DNA from: a virus
Taxonomy: Duplodnaviria; Caudoviricetes
Strand: one strand, 5' to 3'
DNA length: 36,978 bases
Virus record (IMG/VR): IMGVR_UViG_3300005523_000005
Coordinates: 1-36,978 of that record
Below are positions 1-10,523 of the stretch, in pieces. The notes beneath the pieces were generated by a model that was not told the origin of the DNA, searched no databases, and saw nothing but the letters and a program-made list of their open reading frames with translations. Positions within the stretch are counted from its first letter, which is position 1, and each line of letters opens with the position of its first letter. The position numbers and the translations under genes were made by a program.

Positions 1-2
1 TA

Positions 3-212
3 GGAACTGCTGGAGTAAACGCCCTAGATATATCAGTCAATAGCACCGCAAACTTCCCAGATGCTGGTTACCTGTTCCATGCTGACGGTACTGATACTGG
101 TGTGATTGAGTACACTGGAAAGACCGCAACCACCTTCACTGGATGCGTTCAATACAGAGGAAGCACTCAAGTTGGCAATGGAGCGGAAATAGTACCGTTC
201 ACAATTGACTAA
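3..212 (+). CDS. 3' end of a baseplate protein (probably gp7 baseplate wedge initiator), 5'-truncated by the window edge
   Basis: Open frame from base 3: GTAGVNALDISVNSTANFPDAGYLFHADGTDTGVIEYTGKTATTFTGCVQYRG...VPFTID, TAA at 210-212. Not in the ORF track. Identity inferred from position directly upstream of gp8 (g7-g8 synteny in T4-like phages). Confidence 0.65.
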   Translation, partial: GTAGVNALDISVNSTANFPDAGYLFHADGTDTGVIEYTGKTATTFTGCVQYRGSTQVGNGAEIVPFTID

Positions 213-227
213 ATAAACGTATAAATA
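208..227 (+). promoter_or_regulatory. T4-type (gp55) late promoters ACTAAATA (208-215) and TATAAATA (220-227)
   Basis: Exact T4 late consensus TATAAATA ending 36 nt upstream of the gp8 ATG, with a second variant overlapping the upstream stop codon. Confidence 0.75.
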
Positions 228-263
228 AATCAGGCACAAACACTACGTCGGAACAGAAAACCA

Positions 264-2072
264 ATGGCTGCTATTATCTCAGATAAATTTAGAATTTTTA
301 ATGCGAAGCAATTCCTAGAATCGCTAACTGAAGGCGCTACAGATACTAGCGCAGAAAGAACAAGAATGTACTTCTTTGTGGGGCGTCCACAACCGTGGAA
401 GGCATATCTAGAACTCTACGGACAAGCTGGAGGAAACTTCACGGTAGGCAACGAAGTTTTCGTTGGTACTTATGGATCCACAGCATTCCGTGCCACTATT
501 GCTGGAGTCTATGATACTGCACTTCTTCTTTCCGACGTTTTCCCAAATACTACTTCAACTCCTTCCTTAGGAAGCACCATCCAAGAAACTTCTGATGGTG
601 GATCTACAACTACTGGTGTTAGTGCCTCTACTGGTGTCTACCGTTATGCAACTGAAGAGATTCCCCCTCTTCCTCTAGACAACCAAACTGAGAAACTCAG
701 CGTTTACGACGAGATCATTGCAGCAAAGCGTATTGGTAATGCATATGCTAGAACTGTGATCCGCCGTTACAATTGGGACACTGTTGCCAACCCAAGGTTT
801 GACATGTGGAAACCTGACTACTCATCTACTCCTGCTGGTGGTGGACAAGTAGGTAAGCAAACCGCAACTGGTGCTGACGCTATCGCTAATGCTAAGTTCT
901 ATGTTATGAACTCTGATTATGAAGTGTTTAAGTGCCTTTACAACGGTGAAGGTCCTGGTAACCTTTCTGGTCAAGATGCTACTGAAGAACCTAAGACTTC
1001 ACTTGGCAACTACAATGCATCTACTGGTCTTTACACTGAGACTTCTGGTGCTGGTTACATCTGGAAGTTTATGTACCAGATGCCTACTGATGACGTTCTA
1101 AGATTCCTTTCTTCGGACTTCATGCCTATCACTCTTTCTACTGCAGGTTCTACCCGTCAAGCAGTGGAAGGTATCGCAGTTCCTGGTTCACTTGACGTTG
1201 CTCTAATCGAGAACGCTGGTGCTAACCTACCTGCTTCACAGACTTTCTATACTAGCGTCAAAGGTGACGGTTCAGGTGCTGTTGTTGCTATCACTACTGA
1301 TGGTTCTGGTACAATGACTGCAGCAACGATGCAATCAAGAGGTCAAGACTACACTTACGCTAACGTTCTGTTAAGTAATGGTAACCTCTTCTCTGATACT
1401 GGTTTGACAACTCCAGTTGGTACTCCTGCTAACGCAGTTGGTGCTATCGAGATTGTTCTTCCTCCTCAAGGTGGTCATGGTTCCGATCATGAACTAGAAT
1501 TGAATGGTAAGCGTGTGATGACTAACATCCGCTTGACTTACGCTGAAGGTTCTGGTGACTTCCCTGTTGATAACGACTTCCGTAGAATCGGTATTATTAA
1601 GGATCCTCTTAACTTCGGTACTACTACTCCTTGTACTGCTGACACCCGTTCTGGTTTAAAAGCAGTTAAGATCACTGGTGCATCTGCTGACTTCATCCCT
1701 GATGAGCAAATCGAGCAGACTGTAACTGGTGGTACTGCAAAAGGAACCGTTGTTTCTTGGACTTTAGATCAAGGTTCTACTACTGCTGGTGTTCTTAAGT
1801 ACGTTCAAACTATTGATGCTCACGTTGATCAAGGTGTTGTAAGAGACTTTGAGAGCAATGGTTCTAACGCTATTTCAGGTGGAGATTCCGCAGCATCTGG
1901 TAACGTCGAAACTGGTTACGCTGGTACTCTTCTTGGTTCTTCCTTCGCATCTGGACTTGCCAATCCTGAGATCCAACCTAACTCTGGTGACATCATCTAC
2001 GTTGAAAACAGAAGACTAATCACTCGTGCTCCTGACCAGATTGAAGATATCAAACTTGTTATCGAGTTCTAA
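264..2072 (+). CDS. gp8: baseplate wedge subunit gp8 (T4-like cyanophage)
   Basis: MAAIISDKFRIFNAKQFLESL, MYFFVGRPQPW, FYVMNSDYEVFKCLYN, GYIWKFMY, NDFRRIGIIKDP and C-terminal SGDIIYVENRRLITRAPDQIEDIKLVIEF are typical gp8 motifs. Confidence 0.9.
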   Translation: MAAIISDKFRIFNAKQFLESLTEGATDTSAERTRMYFFVGRPQPWKAYLELYGQAGGNFTVGNEVFVGTYGSTAFRATIAGVYDTALLLSDVFPNTTSTPSLGSTIQETSDGGSTTTGVSASTGVYRYATEEIPPLPLDNQTEKLSVYDEIIAAKRIGNAYARTVIRRYNWDTVANPRFDMWKPDYSSTPAGGGQVGKQTATGADAIANAKFYVMNSDYEVFKCLYNGEGPGNLSGQDATEEPKTSLGNYNASTGLYTETSGAGYIWKFMYQMPTDDVLRFLSSDFMPITLSTAGSTRQAVEGIAVPGSLDVALIENAGANLPASQTFYTSVKGDGSGAVVAITTDGSGTMTAATMQSRGQDYTYANVLLSNGNLFSDTGLTTPVGTPANAVGAIEIVLPPQGGHGSDHELELNGKRVMTNIRLTYAEGSGDFPVDNDFRRIGIIKDPLNFGTTTPCTADTRSGLKAVKITGASADFIPDEQIEQTVTGGTAKGTVVSWTLDQGSTTAGVLKYVQTIDAHVDQGVVRDFESNGSNAISGGDSAASGNVETGYAGTLLGSSFASGLANPEIQPNSGDIIYVENRRLITRAPDQIEDIKLVIEF

Positions 2073-2093
2073 GTTAAAGATATTAATAAATAC

Positions 2094-2124
2094 AAGTCCC
2101 CTGAGAAATCAGGGGATTTTTTTT
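2094..2124 (+). terminator. rho-independent terminator after gp8
   Basis: Stem TCCCCTGA (2097-2104), GAAA loop, TCAGGGGA (2109-2116), then T8. Confidence 0.9.
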
Positions 2125-2130
2125 ATCTGT

Positions 2131-2138
2131 GCTAAATA
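2131..2138 (+). promoter_or_regulatory. late promoter GCTAAATA
   Basis: Directly after the terminator and upstream of ATG 2173; GGAG RBS at 2165-2168. Confidence 0.65.
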
Positions 2139-2172
2139 TTAGAGACAAGATGCTAGTGTCTGGCGGAGTACG

Positions 2173-5100
2173 ATGCCACAAAAAACCAATCTAAATGTAA
2201 ATCCATATTATGAGGATTTCGACAGGAGTAAGAATTTTTATAAAATTCTATTTCGTCCTGGATATTCTATTCAAACGAGGGAATTAACGCAACTGCAATC
2301 TATTCTACAGAATCAGATTGAGCAGTTTGGTAAGTATGCCTTTAAGCAAGGAGACTTAGTAGTTCCTGGTGAAGTTGGTCTTAATACAAAATTAGATTAC
2401 GTTAAGTTATCTTCTGTTTCAGAAGTAGCAGTTAACGATGGTCAGGACATCGTATATAAGAAGTATGATATTTCACAGTTAGTAGGAACTACATTAAGAG
2501 GTTTATCTTCTGGTGTTACTGCTACTGTATTAGACACTAAGAATTTAACAGACGCATCTGCTGATACACTATATGTCAAATATCTAAACAGTGGTGATTC
2601 TAATACTGATACTACTTTTAGACAAGGTGAGACTCTAGAAGTTGTTGATGGTGTTAACACACCTCTATTAGTTGTTGGTACTGATGGTAGCGTACTCCCC
2701 ACCAGTATTCAATTAACTAATCCAGACACAGGTGATATCACTTCTATCGAAAGTCCAGCAATGGGTTTTGCTTCTGCTGTTAAAGTAGAAGAAGGCATCT
2801 ATTTTGTCAATGGTTTCTTTGTTCGTAACGAGAAGCAACTTCTTGTTATTGACGATTATTATAATGTACCTTCCGCTAATGTTGGTTTTACAATTACTGA
2901 AAAGGTTGTAACACCAGAAGAAGATCCTAGTCTCTACGATAATTCTATTGGTTCTTCTAACTTTACGGCACCTGGTGCACATAGATTAAGAATTACACTA
3001 ACACTTAAAAAGTTTGCTTTAGGTGAAACAACTGATAAGAACTTTATTCAACTTATCACCACTTATAAGGGTGCTGTACAGAAAAAGGTCAGTCCTACTA
3101 ATTACAGTCTAATTGAACAGACTCTTGCTAGAAGAACATTTGATGAGAGTGGTGATTATGTTGTAGATAACTTCTCTGTTGATATCAGAGAGTATGCACA
3201 GAAAGATCGTAATGGTGGACTATACAAAGAAGATGAATTTGGTTTATATAATGGTCTGACTGAAAGTGAAGCAGACAGAAAAATGATTGCTAGCCTTGGT
3301 GCAGGTAAAGCATACATCAGAGGATATGAAATTGTTAACAAGGAAACCAAGTACCTTGAAATTAACAAAGCAAGAGAGAGTCTAAGTAGTGAGAATATCA
3401 GAGTTAAAACTAAAGCTCTCCCAACATATTCTATTACCAATGTATATGGTAGTGTACCTCTAAACAAAGAAGGTTCAGATCTTACTGCATATCCATACGT
3501 TAATCTATATTCTGTTGCTAATGATGGTTCTATTGGTAACAATAATAGTGAAGCAGATACTGATCATCGTCAGACTATCAATAGAAGAGGAAAGTCTTTC
3601 TCATCTGATGATGCAGTTAAGACTATTACATTAGAGATTACTAATACTGTCAATACTCTTGCTGGTCTTAATGATGCTAATTTTGAGAGTCTTCTTGGTA
3701 CTTTACATTTCGTGAAGACTAGAAATAATTCTGGTGCTGCAACTTCTATTGGTACAGTTCAGTCACTGGCATATGCTAAAGTAAACAAACCTCTTCTTAA
3801 TTCAAGTTCTAGTTATTTTTATCTAGAACTAACCATTGCTGGTAAGAAAGATGATCTAGAACTCTTAATGGTTGAATATGATCTTGGAGATGCTGGTAAA
3901 CAAAGAAACTTATTCTTAACAGATGCAGATGCTTCTTCAGATAACAATGCTTATGGTTATATCGTAGACTATGGCGAAACAATCACTCCACTCATTGGTA
4001 GAGCAAAACCAAATAACTTCTTCCTTAAAAAGAGACCAGCAGGTTTTAACTCAGACAGAGATATTGTTCTATCACGTGGTCGCTTATCTGGTGGTGAAGA
4101 TGCATACAACGGTATCTTCGGTTTGTCATATTTTGATCCAGAATTCTTTACTAAGATTATCCTTGATAACATTCCTGGTGCAGGTGCATTTGGTATTGGT
4201 AAATATGTTTTTGGTTTAGAAAGTGGTGCATATGGTGTAGTAGAAGGTGGTCCTCAAGGTGTATATTCTATCGGTAAACTACTATTTGTGAAGACTCTAT
4301 CAGGTAGATTTAAGGATGGAGAAACAATTAGAGATGAAGATTCAAATACTTCAAAGATTGCTAAGGATAATACTATCTCTCACTTCATTGTTCATAATCC
4401 TGGATTAGCGTATTCAGATAACTGCACCTTACTTATCAATGGTGTTGAGTTTGATGCTTCAGTTGTTGAATTATTCAAAGCAAATAATGGTTCATTCTAC
4501 AGATGTCTAGTTAATAATAAGGCTGCTCTTTCTACAACAGAATATGCAGAACCACCTGCAATTACAGTTAAGACTCCTGATGGTGCATCAGCTCCTTCTG
4601 TTGGTGCTGTTATTCTACCTGTTATGGTAAGAAATGCAGTAACAACTTATCTACCACAAAATACTAAGTCAATTTCTGCTGAGTATGGTTCTGGTAATGA
4701 GAATATCTTTACTGCTGATGTTGTTACTAACGATCAAGAGTTTGCAGAAATCAAAGCTGTAACTGAGTACACATTCTTTGGAAATAAAGGATATAACTTT
4801 ATTGAGTCTACAAGTTTCAATGCTGATGCTAGTCTATTGCTACAGCAAGGAGACATGGTTCAATTTGCTACTGCTGATAATGAGATTGTACGTAGTGTTG
4901 TTCAGTATGCAACAATTAAAGAAGGAACATCTAAGAGTAGAGTTTATCTAGACAGTGTACTACCTGGTGATGTTGTTAATACCAGTATTACTAGATTGCG
5001 TCCTAGAGTTGAGAATTCAAACCAAGGAACACTTCTATTCCCAACAGGTAGTCGTCAAATTAAACAGATCTCTAAGAATTCTGATCAGACAGGTATCAAG

Positions 5101-8100
5101 TATTTCTTCCGTAGAGATTTTGTAACCACTGCAGCATCTGCTGGTGGTATTATTACCTTTGCTGCACAACTAGCATTTGGTACTCAAAGATTTGCTGAAT
5201 TTACTGAACAAAATTATATTGTTACAGTTCTAGATCCAGGTGATGCACCTAACGTCGCAAAAGGTGATATTGTATACATCAATAAAGATGCAGTAACTAT
5301 TTCATCTTCTACTGATACTGCTAGTGGATTAACTGCTGGTTCTATTAGTTTACGTCTGCCATCATCTTACTTTGGTACTATTCCTGCTAATGGAACATTC
5401 CCTAAACTTAAGTTGACTGCAACTCTAGAAGTTGAGAATGCAAAACCAAGAATTAAAACATCTATTGAGAAGAGAAGAATTGTTGTTACTTCTTCTGGTG
5501 ATAGAGTTATCCCATTTAGAGGAACAAATTATGATACTGAAGTTGTAGAAGTTCTATCATATTCTGATGCATATAAACTACGTTATGTTTATGAGGGTAG
5601 TGCAACTAGACCTCCTACTGTTGATACTGCAGGTAATCTAATTGAAGGTACTGATGTTAGTGATAGATTTACATTTGACAATGGTCAAAGAGATACTGTA
5701 TATGATGTATCCAGACTTGTTCTTAAACCAGGTGCAACTCAAACATCTGGTCAGTTAGTTATTGCATTTGATTACTTTGAACATTCTCAAGGTGACTTCT
5801 GTACTATTGATAGTTACATTCATGAAGCAGGTGTTCTTGAGGGTGAGATTCCATCATTTGATTCATCTGTTCTTGGAAGAGTTAAACTAAAGAATGTTCT
5901 TGACTTTAGACCTAAGGTAGATACTGATACTACTATTAGTGGTTTCCAAGATAAATCTTCTCTATCTGTCACTACTAGTGATTTCTCTGGTTCTGGTGCT
6001 ATTCTTGCATCATCTCCAGCATCTGATTCAAACTTAGAATATACTTTAGCATTTAGTCAGGTTCAATATCTTGATAGAATTGATGGTGTGTTCCTTAATA
6101 AGAATGGTAACTTTATTGTCAAGGAAGGTAACTCTTCACTCAACCCATCTAAACCAGATCCTGTTGATGATGCGATTCCTTTATTCTATGCTTATATTCC
6201 AGCATTTACCACTGACAGTAAAGATGTAAGAATTACTCCTGTTGATAACCGCCGTTACACAATGCGTGATATCGGTAAGTTAGAGAAGCGTATTGAAAGA
6301 CTTGAGTACTATACTACTCTTAGCATCCTAGAACAGCAAGCACTTAACATGCAAGTTAAGGATGATATCGGTTTAGATCGATTTAAGTCTGGATTCTTAG
6401 TTGATAACTTTGAAGCACATAGAAGTGGTAATCTTGGATCATTAGATTATCAATGTGCTATTGATTCACAGCAATCAGTTCTTAGACCACAGTCTAGAGA
6501 AGATTCTCTAATCCTTAAAGAAGTTAATGTTAGAGACGACCAGAGATTTGTTTCTGGATATAAGAAATCTGGTAGTATTGTTTCTCTACCATTTACTAAT
6601 ATTTCTTTATTAGGTAATGATGCTGCATCCAAGACATTAAATCCAAATCCATTTGTTGTTCTACAATATGTTGGTGATGCTGGTATTACACCAAGCATTG
6701 ATCAATGGTATGATCAACATACAGAACCTTTGGTTGTTGATACTAATACTGATCTTTATAAAATCTTCCTAGCAAAAGTTGATGTAAAAGAAAGTTTCTC
6801 TTCTTTACATAACTCATTCATTGTAAACTGGGTTGGTTCTTCTCCATCCTTTACATCTATCAATTCACTTGGTGGCGAGAACAAAGATGCTGCGATGTCT
6901 TCTGTGACCGCCGCGGCCGTTAATAGTTCTTCTAATATTAGTCCACAAAATAATGATGTTGCTAAAGGTGTTCAGTCTAAGACTGTAAGAGGAAATAACG
7001 TTTCTTCTGCAGTACAGTTCTTTGCTAGAAGCGTACCTATCAAGTTTGTTGTTAAGAGGATGAAACCAAACACAACTATCTCTGTATTCCTAGAAGGTAG
7101 AGATATTAGTCGTTGGGTTAATCCTGATCTTCGTTTCACTGGAGTTGCAGGTAATTCACCTTCTGCATTTAACAGTAAAGTAACTACTGATTCTGACGGT
7201 AATGCTAGTGGTACAATTGTACTACCCGCAGGTTTACCACCTTTAGAGAATGCAACTTGGACTGGTGATGTAAACACAATTGATTATGATGATACTGCAG
7301 AGGAAGTTAGAATTTCTACTGGTGTTAAGACTTTTAGATTTACATCTAGTCCAACTGATGAAGACAAACTAGGAGTTGATACTTATGCTGAAGTTAAGTA
7401 CTATGCAACTGGTGTTCTTCCTGAAAACCCTGTAAGTATTATCTCAACAAAACCATCATTCTTTAAAGCAAATGAAGGTGTACAGTTTGTTGATAGCAAT
7501 ACTGATAATCCAGTAAGACCTAATCCTCTTGCTCAAACATTTAAGATTGAGAACTATGATGGTGGTGTCTTTACTACTGGTGTAGATCTTTATGTTAGTA
7601 AGAAGAGTGCTACTATTCCAATTAAAGTATATCTAACAAATGTAGAATCTGATAAACCTGGTAAGAACATTATTCCTGGTACTGAGAAGGTTCTTTCTCC
7701 ATCCACATTTATTAAGTTCTACTCTAGTGGTAACGTATATGTAACTAAAGGTGAGATGGTAACTGGAGCAACTTCTGCTGCTAGTGGTCCTGTTGATAAA
7801 ATTATTGATAAGAATGGTGTTGATTTAGTACCATCTTCTTCTGGTAAGTTCCTTCTTACTAATGAGCAAGTATATACTTTAGTTCTCAACAATCATAATG
7901 GTCGTTCATTTAAACAGAATGAAGGTCTAATTGTCCCATCAATTACTTTAGCAAATAACACCGAAGGTACTTCTGGAAGATTAACGATTGCTAAAGATAG
8001 TGGTAGAGTTTCTGCTATTAATATTGCAAATGTTGGTGCTAATTATGATAATGCAATTGTTACTATCGAAAGTCCACAGTTACCTGGTGGTTCTGTTGCT

Positions 8101-10308
8101 ACAACTAGAGTTGAAGTTTCTGAAGGAAAGATTTACAATGCTGAAGTCTCACTTGCTGGTTTCGGATATACCGAACCACCTTCTGTAGTTATCAAAGGAA
8201 TTGGTAATGGTAGTGGTGGTGCTGTTCTTGAAACTGAAATTGAGATTGATACACCTGCTGTTAGAATGGGTGTTGCAACTGATCAAGAAGGCATTACTAA
8301 TTCTACAATTCCATCATACTTTGAATTTGATCATCCTGTATATCTACAGAATGATACTGAGTATGCACTTGCTGTTGAAACTGATTCTACTGATTATGAA
8401 CTATGGGCATCTAAACTTGGAGAAGTTGATATTTCTACAAGTACGGTCATCACCACCCAACCATCATTAGGTTCGGTATACCGATCACAGAATGTTGACA
8501 ACTGGACAGAAGATAACTTTGAAGATCTTAAGTTCACAATTTATCGTGCTGAATTTGATATTTCTAGAACTGCAACTTTAGAATTGACAAATGAAGAACT
8601 TGGTTACGATCTTCTAAGTAAGAATGCATTTGAGACTGATGCTAGTGCTAATACACAAGCAACATCTAAGTTGTTTGGTAATAACAATTCTATCCTTAAT
8701 GTTAAGCATAAGGATCATGGATTTGAAACTTCTGGAAAATCTTATGTATTCTTCAAACAAGCATTAACAACTGGTGGAGTTACATCTGATATTTTAAATA
8801 CTTCATTATTCCAAATTTCAAACTCTGGTATTGATAGTTATAATATTACTTCTTCTGTACCTGCTTCTGGTTCTGGAATTGGTGGTGGTGAACTTGCGTA
8901 TGCTTCCTTCAATAGAAAGTATGAGTTACTATATCCTCAAGTTCAATACTTGACATTTAGTTCTACAAAATTACTTTCAGAAGTTAAGACTACCAATGTT
9001 CAACCAGTAGATTCTAATGATACCACATTCCCATCATATAGTCAAACTGATTTTGAAAAAACATTCTTAAATGAACCTCATTACTTTACTAATCAAAAAT
9101 TCATTGCATCTAGTATCAATGAAACTTTGAATAGCATTGATAACTCATTGGTGTATAAATTATCACTCAGTTCTACTGTGTCTCATTTGAGTCCAATTGT
9201 AGACTTAGATACTACTAGTGTTAAAACTGTAACTAATAGAGTTGAGTATGCAGATGGTAGTGAAGATAGGTTTGGTAGAAGAGATCAAATTGTTAAGTTC
9301 TATCCAGTTTATAGATTCCAAATAACTGGTACTGGTGGCACACAAATTCAAAATGATCAAGCAGTTGAAGGATATAATTCTAAGGCAGTTGGTTCTATTG
9401 CTAAAGTAGATGGTTCCACTATTTGGGTAAGAGTTAAAACATCTCAATTATTCCAAAGAGGTGAAAGAATTTCCTTTGGTAATCAAGCTGGTCTTGTTGA
9501 AACTATTCAGATTAGTGGAGAGGATGTTATTGTACCAGCAGGTATTGTTGATACAAACCCAATTCAAGAGTTTATTGATATTGCAGATGCTGCTACTATC
9601 GAAGCAAGAAATCCATCTACTATTATTGAAACTTATAGCAATGATATTACAGGTAAAGCAGTTATCTGGAATAATAAGACTCAAGAGTTAACTCTTAGAA
9701 CTGATATTCATCCTATCAACGATTCCTTTACTGATAGAATTGAAGATGGTTTAGTATACAATAGAAATTCTGCAACTGCAGATCAATTGCCAGATATCTT
9801 TAGGGTTGGTGATTTTATCAAACATCCTGCTCAACTAGACGAAGATGCTCTCTTCTTAGAGATTGGAAGTATTACATATACAACTGGTGTTAAGTTTGTA
9901 GAAGAAAATACTTCTAAGAATAGTTCTGGTATTGCTAAGTATGTAACTAAAGAAGTTTCAATCAGCAGTCCAGCAACTGCACTTAATGTTCATCTAACAA
10001 TGAATACTAAGGATCTTGCAAATGTTAAAGTTCTGTTCAAGTATAAGAAGGCATCTACTCAAGAAAACTTCGATGATATTGATTGGGAATACTTCAATGG
10101 TAATGGTCACCCAGATACCAGTGATATTGCTACCCCTGAGAACAATATTTCTAGTGTTGTCGAGAAACAAGAGTCATATCAAGACATTACATATTCCGCG
10201 TCTGGTCTTCCTGAGTTCTCATCATTTGCTGTTAAAATTGTCATGAGAAGTAACGATCCAGCATATGTACCTAAGATTCAGGACATTCGTGCAGTCGCTG
10301 CATTCTAA
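2173..10308 (+). CDS. VrlC-like / DUF4815-domain large virion structural (baseplate-associated) protein
   Basis: N-terminus MPQKTNLNVNPYYEDFD...FYKILFRPGYSIQTRELTQLQSILQNQI; APGAHRL; LARRTFDESGDYVV; RRYTMRDIGKLEKRIERLEYYTTLSILEQ; DRFKSGFLVDNF; PLAQTF; C-terminal PKIQDIRAVAA. These match the cyanophage VrlC family found after g8. Confidence 0.85.
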   Translation: MPQKTNLNVNPYYEDFDRSKNFYKILFRPGYSIQTRELTQLQSILQNQIEQFGKYAFKQGDLVVPGEVGLNTKLDYVKLSSVSEVAVNDGQDIVYKKYDISQLVGTTLRGLSSGVTATVLDTKNLTDASADTLYVKYLNSGDSNTDTTFRQGETLEVVDGVNTPLLVVGTDGSVLPTSIQLTNPDTGDITSIESPAMGFASAVKVEEGIYFVNGFFVRNEKQLLVIDDYYNVPSANVGFTITEKVVTPEEDPSLYDNSIGSSNFTAPGAHRLRITLTLKKFALGETTDKNFIQLITTYKGAVQKKVSPTNYSLIEQTLARRTFDESGDYVVDNFSVDIREYAQKDRNGGLYKEDEFGLYNGLTESEADRKMIASLGAGKAYIRGYEIVNKETKYLEINKARESLSSENIRVKTKALPTYSITNVYGSVPLNKEGSDLTAYPYVNLYSVANDGSIGNNNSEADTDHRQTINRRGKSFSSDDAVKTITLEITNTVNTLAGLNDANFESLLGTLHFVKTRNNSGAATSIGTVQSLAYAKVNKPLLNSSSSYFYLELTIAGKKDDLELLMVEYDLGDAGKQRNLFLTDADASSDNNAYGYIVDYGETITPLIGRAKPNNFFLKKRPAGFNSDRDIVLSRGRLSGGEDAYNGIFGLSYFDPEFFTKIILDNIPGAGAFGIGKYVFGLESGAYGVVEGGPQGVYSIGKLLFVKTLSGRFKDGETIRDEDSNTSKIAKDNTISHFIVHNPGLAYSDNCTLLINGVEFDASVVELFKANNGSFYRCLVNNKAALSTTEYAEPPAITVKTPDGASAPSVGAVILPVMVRNAVTTYLPQNTKSISAEYGSGNENIFTADVVTNDQEFAEIKAVTEYTFFGNKGYNFIESTSFNADASLLLQQGDMVQFATADNEIVRSVVQYATIKEGTSKSRVYLDSVLPGDVVNTSITRLRPRVENSNQGTLLFPTGSRQIKQISKNSDQTGIKYFFRRDFVTTAASAGGIITFAAQLAFGTQRFAEFTEQNYIVTVLDPGDAPNVAKGDIVYINKDAVTISSSTDTASGLTAGSISLRLPSSYFGTIPANGTFPKLKLTATLEVENAKPRIKTSIEKRRIVVTSSGDRVIPFRGTNYDTEVVEVLSYSDAYKLRYVYEGSATRPPTVDTAGNLIEGTDVSDRFTFDNGQRDTVYDVSRLVLKPGATQTSGQLVIAFDYFEHSQGDFCTIDSYIHEAGVLEGEIPSFDSSVLGRVKLKNVLDFRPKVDTDTTISGFQDKSSLSVTTSDFSGSGAILASSPASDSNLEYTLAFSQVQYLDRIDGVFLNKNGNFIVKEGNSSLNPSKPDPVDDAIPLFYAYIPAFTTDSKDVRITPVDNRRYTMRDIGKLEKRIERLEYYTTLSILEQQALNMQVKDDIGLDRFKSGFLVDNFEAHRSGNLGSLDYQCAIDSQQSVLRPQSREDSLILKEVNVRDDQRFVSGYKKSGSIVSLPFTNISLLGNDAASKTLNPNPFVVLQYVGDAGITPSIDQWYDQHTEPLVVDTNTDLYKIFLAKVDVKESFSSLHNSFIVNWVGSSPSFTSINSLGGENKDAAMSSVTAAAVNSSSNISPQNNDVAKGVQSKTVRGNNVSSAVQFFARSVPIKFVVKRMKPNTTISVFLEGRDISRWVNPDLRFTGVAGNSPSAFNSKVTTDSDGNASGTIVLPAGLPPLENATWTGDVNTIDYDDTAEEVRISTGVKTFRFTSSPTDEDKLGVDTYAEVKYYATGVLPENPVSIISTKPSFFKANEGVQFVDSNTDNPVRPNPLAQTFKIENYDGGVFTTGVDLYVSKKSATIPIKVYLTNVESDKPGKNIIPGTEKVLSPSTFIKFYSSGNVYVTKGEMVTGATSAASGPVDKIIDKNGVDLVPSSSGKFLLTNEQVYTLVLNNHNGRSFKQNEGLIVPSITLANNTEGTSGRLTIAKDSGRVSAINIANVGANYDNAIVTIESPQLPGGSVATTRVEVSEGKIYNAEVSLAGFGYTEPPSVVIKGIGNGSGGAVLETEIEIDTPAVRMGVATDQEGITNSTIPSYFEFDHPVYLQNDTEYALAVETDSTDYELWASKLGEVDISTSTVITTQPSLGSVYRSQNVDNWTEDNFEDLKFTIYRAEFDISRTATLELTNEELGYDLLSKNAFETDASANTQATSKLFGNNNSILNVKHKDHGFETSGKSYVFFKQALTTGGVTSDILNTSLFQISNSGIDSYNITSSVPASGSGIGGGELAYASFNRKYELLYPQVQYLTFSSTKLLSEVKTTNVQPVDSNDTTFPSYSQTDFEKTFLNEPHYFTNQKFIASSINETLNSIDNSLVYKLSLSSTVSHLSPIVDLDTTSVKTVTNRVEYADGSEDRFGRRDQIVKFYPVYRFQITGTGGTQIQNDQAVEGYNSKAVGSIAKVDGSTIWVRVKTSQLFQRGERISFGNQAGLVETIQISGEDVIVPAGIVDTNPIQEFIDIADAATIEARNPSTIIETYSNDITGKAVIWNNKTQELTLRTDIHPINDSFTDRIEDGLVYNRNSATADQLPDIFRVGDFIKHPAQLDEDALFLEIGSITYTTGVKFVEENTSKNSSGIAKYVTKEVSISSPATALNVHLTMNTKDLANVKVLFKYKKASTQENFDDIDWEYFNGNGHPDTSDIATPENNISSVVEKQESYQDITYSASGLPEFSSFAVKIVMRSNDPAYVPKIQDIRAVAAF

Positions 10309-10316
10309 TTCCGCAT

Positions 10317-10523
10317 ATGGACTATATTAAGGTTGACGGACATGATGGTCTCGTAAGGGATAAAAACACAGGTGCCATCATCAATTTGGACAGTTCAGCT
10401 ATAGAGGCTAGAAGGAAGGCGCGGGGTTTAAGTTCCGCGCTAGAGGACATAAATATGTTGAAGAATGAACTCTCTGAGATCAAGTCCCTACTGAAAGAGC
10501 TAACCAAAAATGCCAGCAGTTAA
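10317..10523 (+). CDS. conserved small cyanophage hypothetical protein with C-terminal coiled coil
   Basis: 68 aa, KVDGHDGLVRDKNTGAIIN motif followed by heptads (LEDINMLKNELSEIKSLLKEL). Fills the gap between two large structural genes. Confidence 0.8.
   Translation: MDYIKVDGHDGLVRDKNTGAIINLDSSAIEARRKARGLSSALEDINMLKNELSEIKSLLKELTKNASS
10448..10455 (+). promoter_or_regulatory. late promoter CATAAATA
   Basis: NATAAATA ending 54 nt upstream of ATG 10510, inside the small upstream gene. Confidence 0.6.

Noticed and set aside
2173-10308. VrlC as a virulence factor
   Set aside because: The name is historical; its position between gp8 and other structural genes under a late promoter indicates a virion protein.
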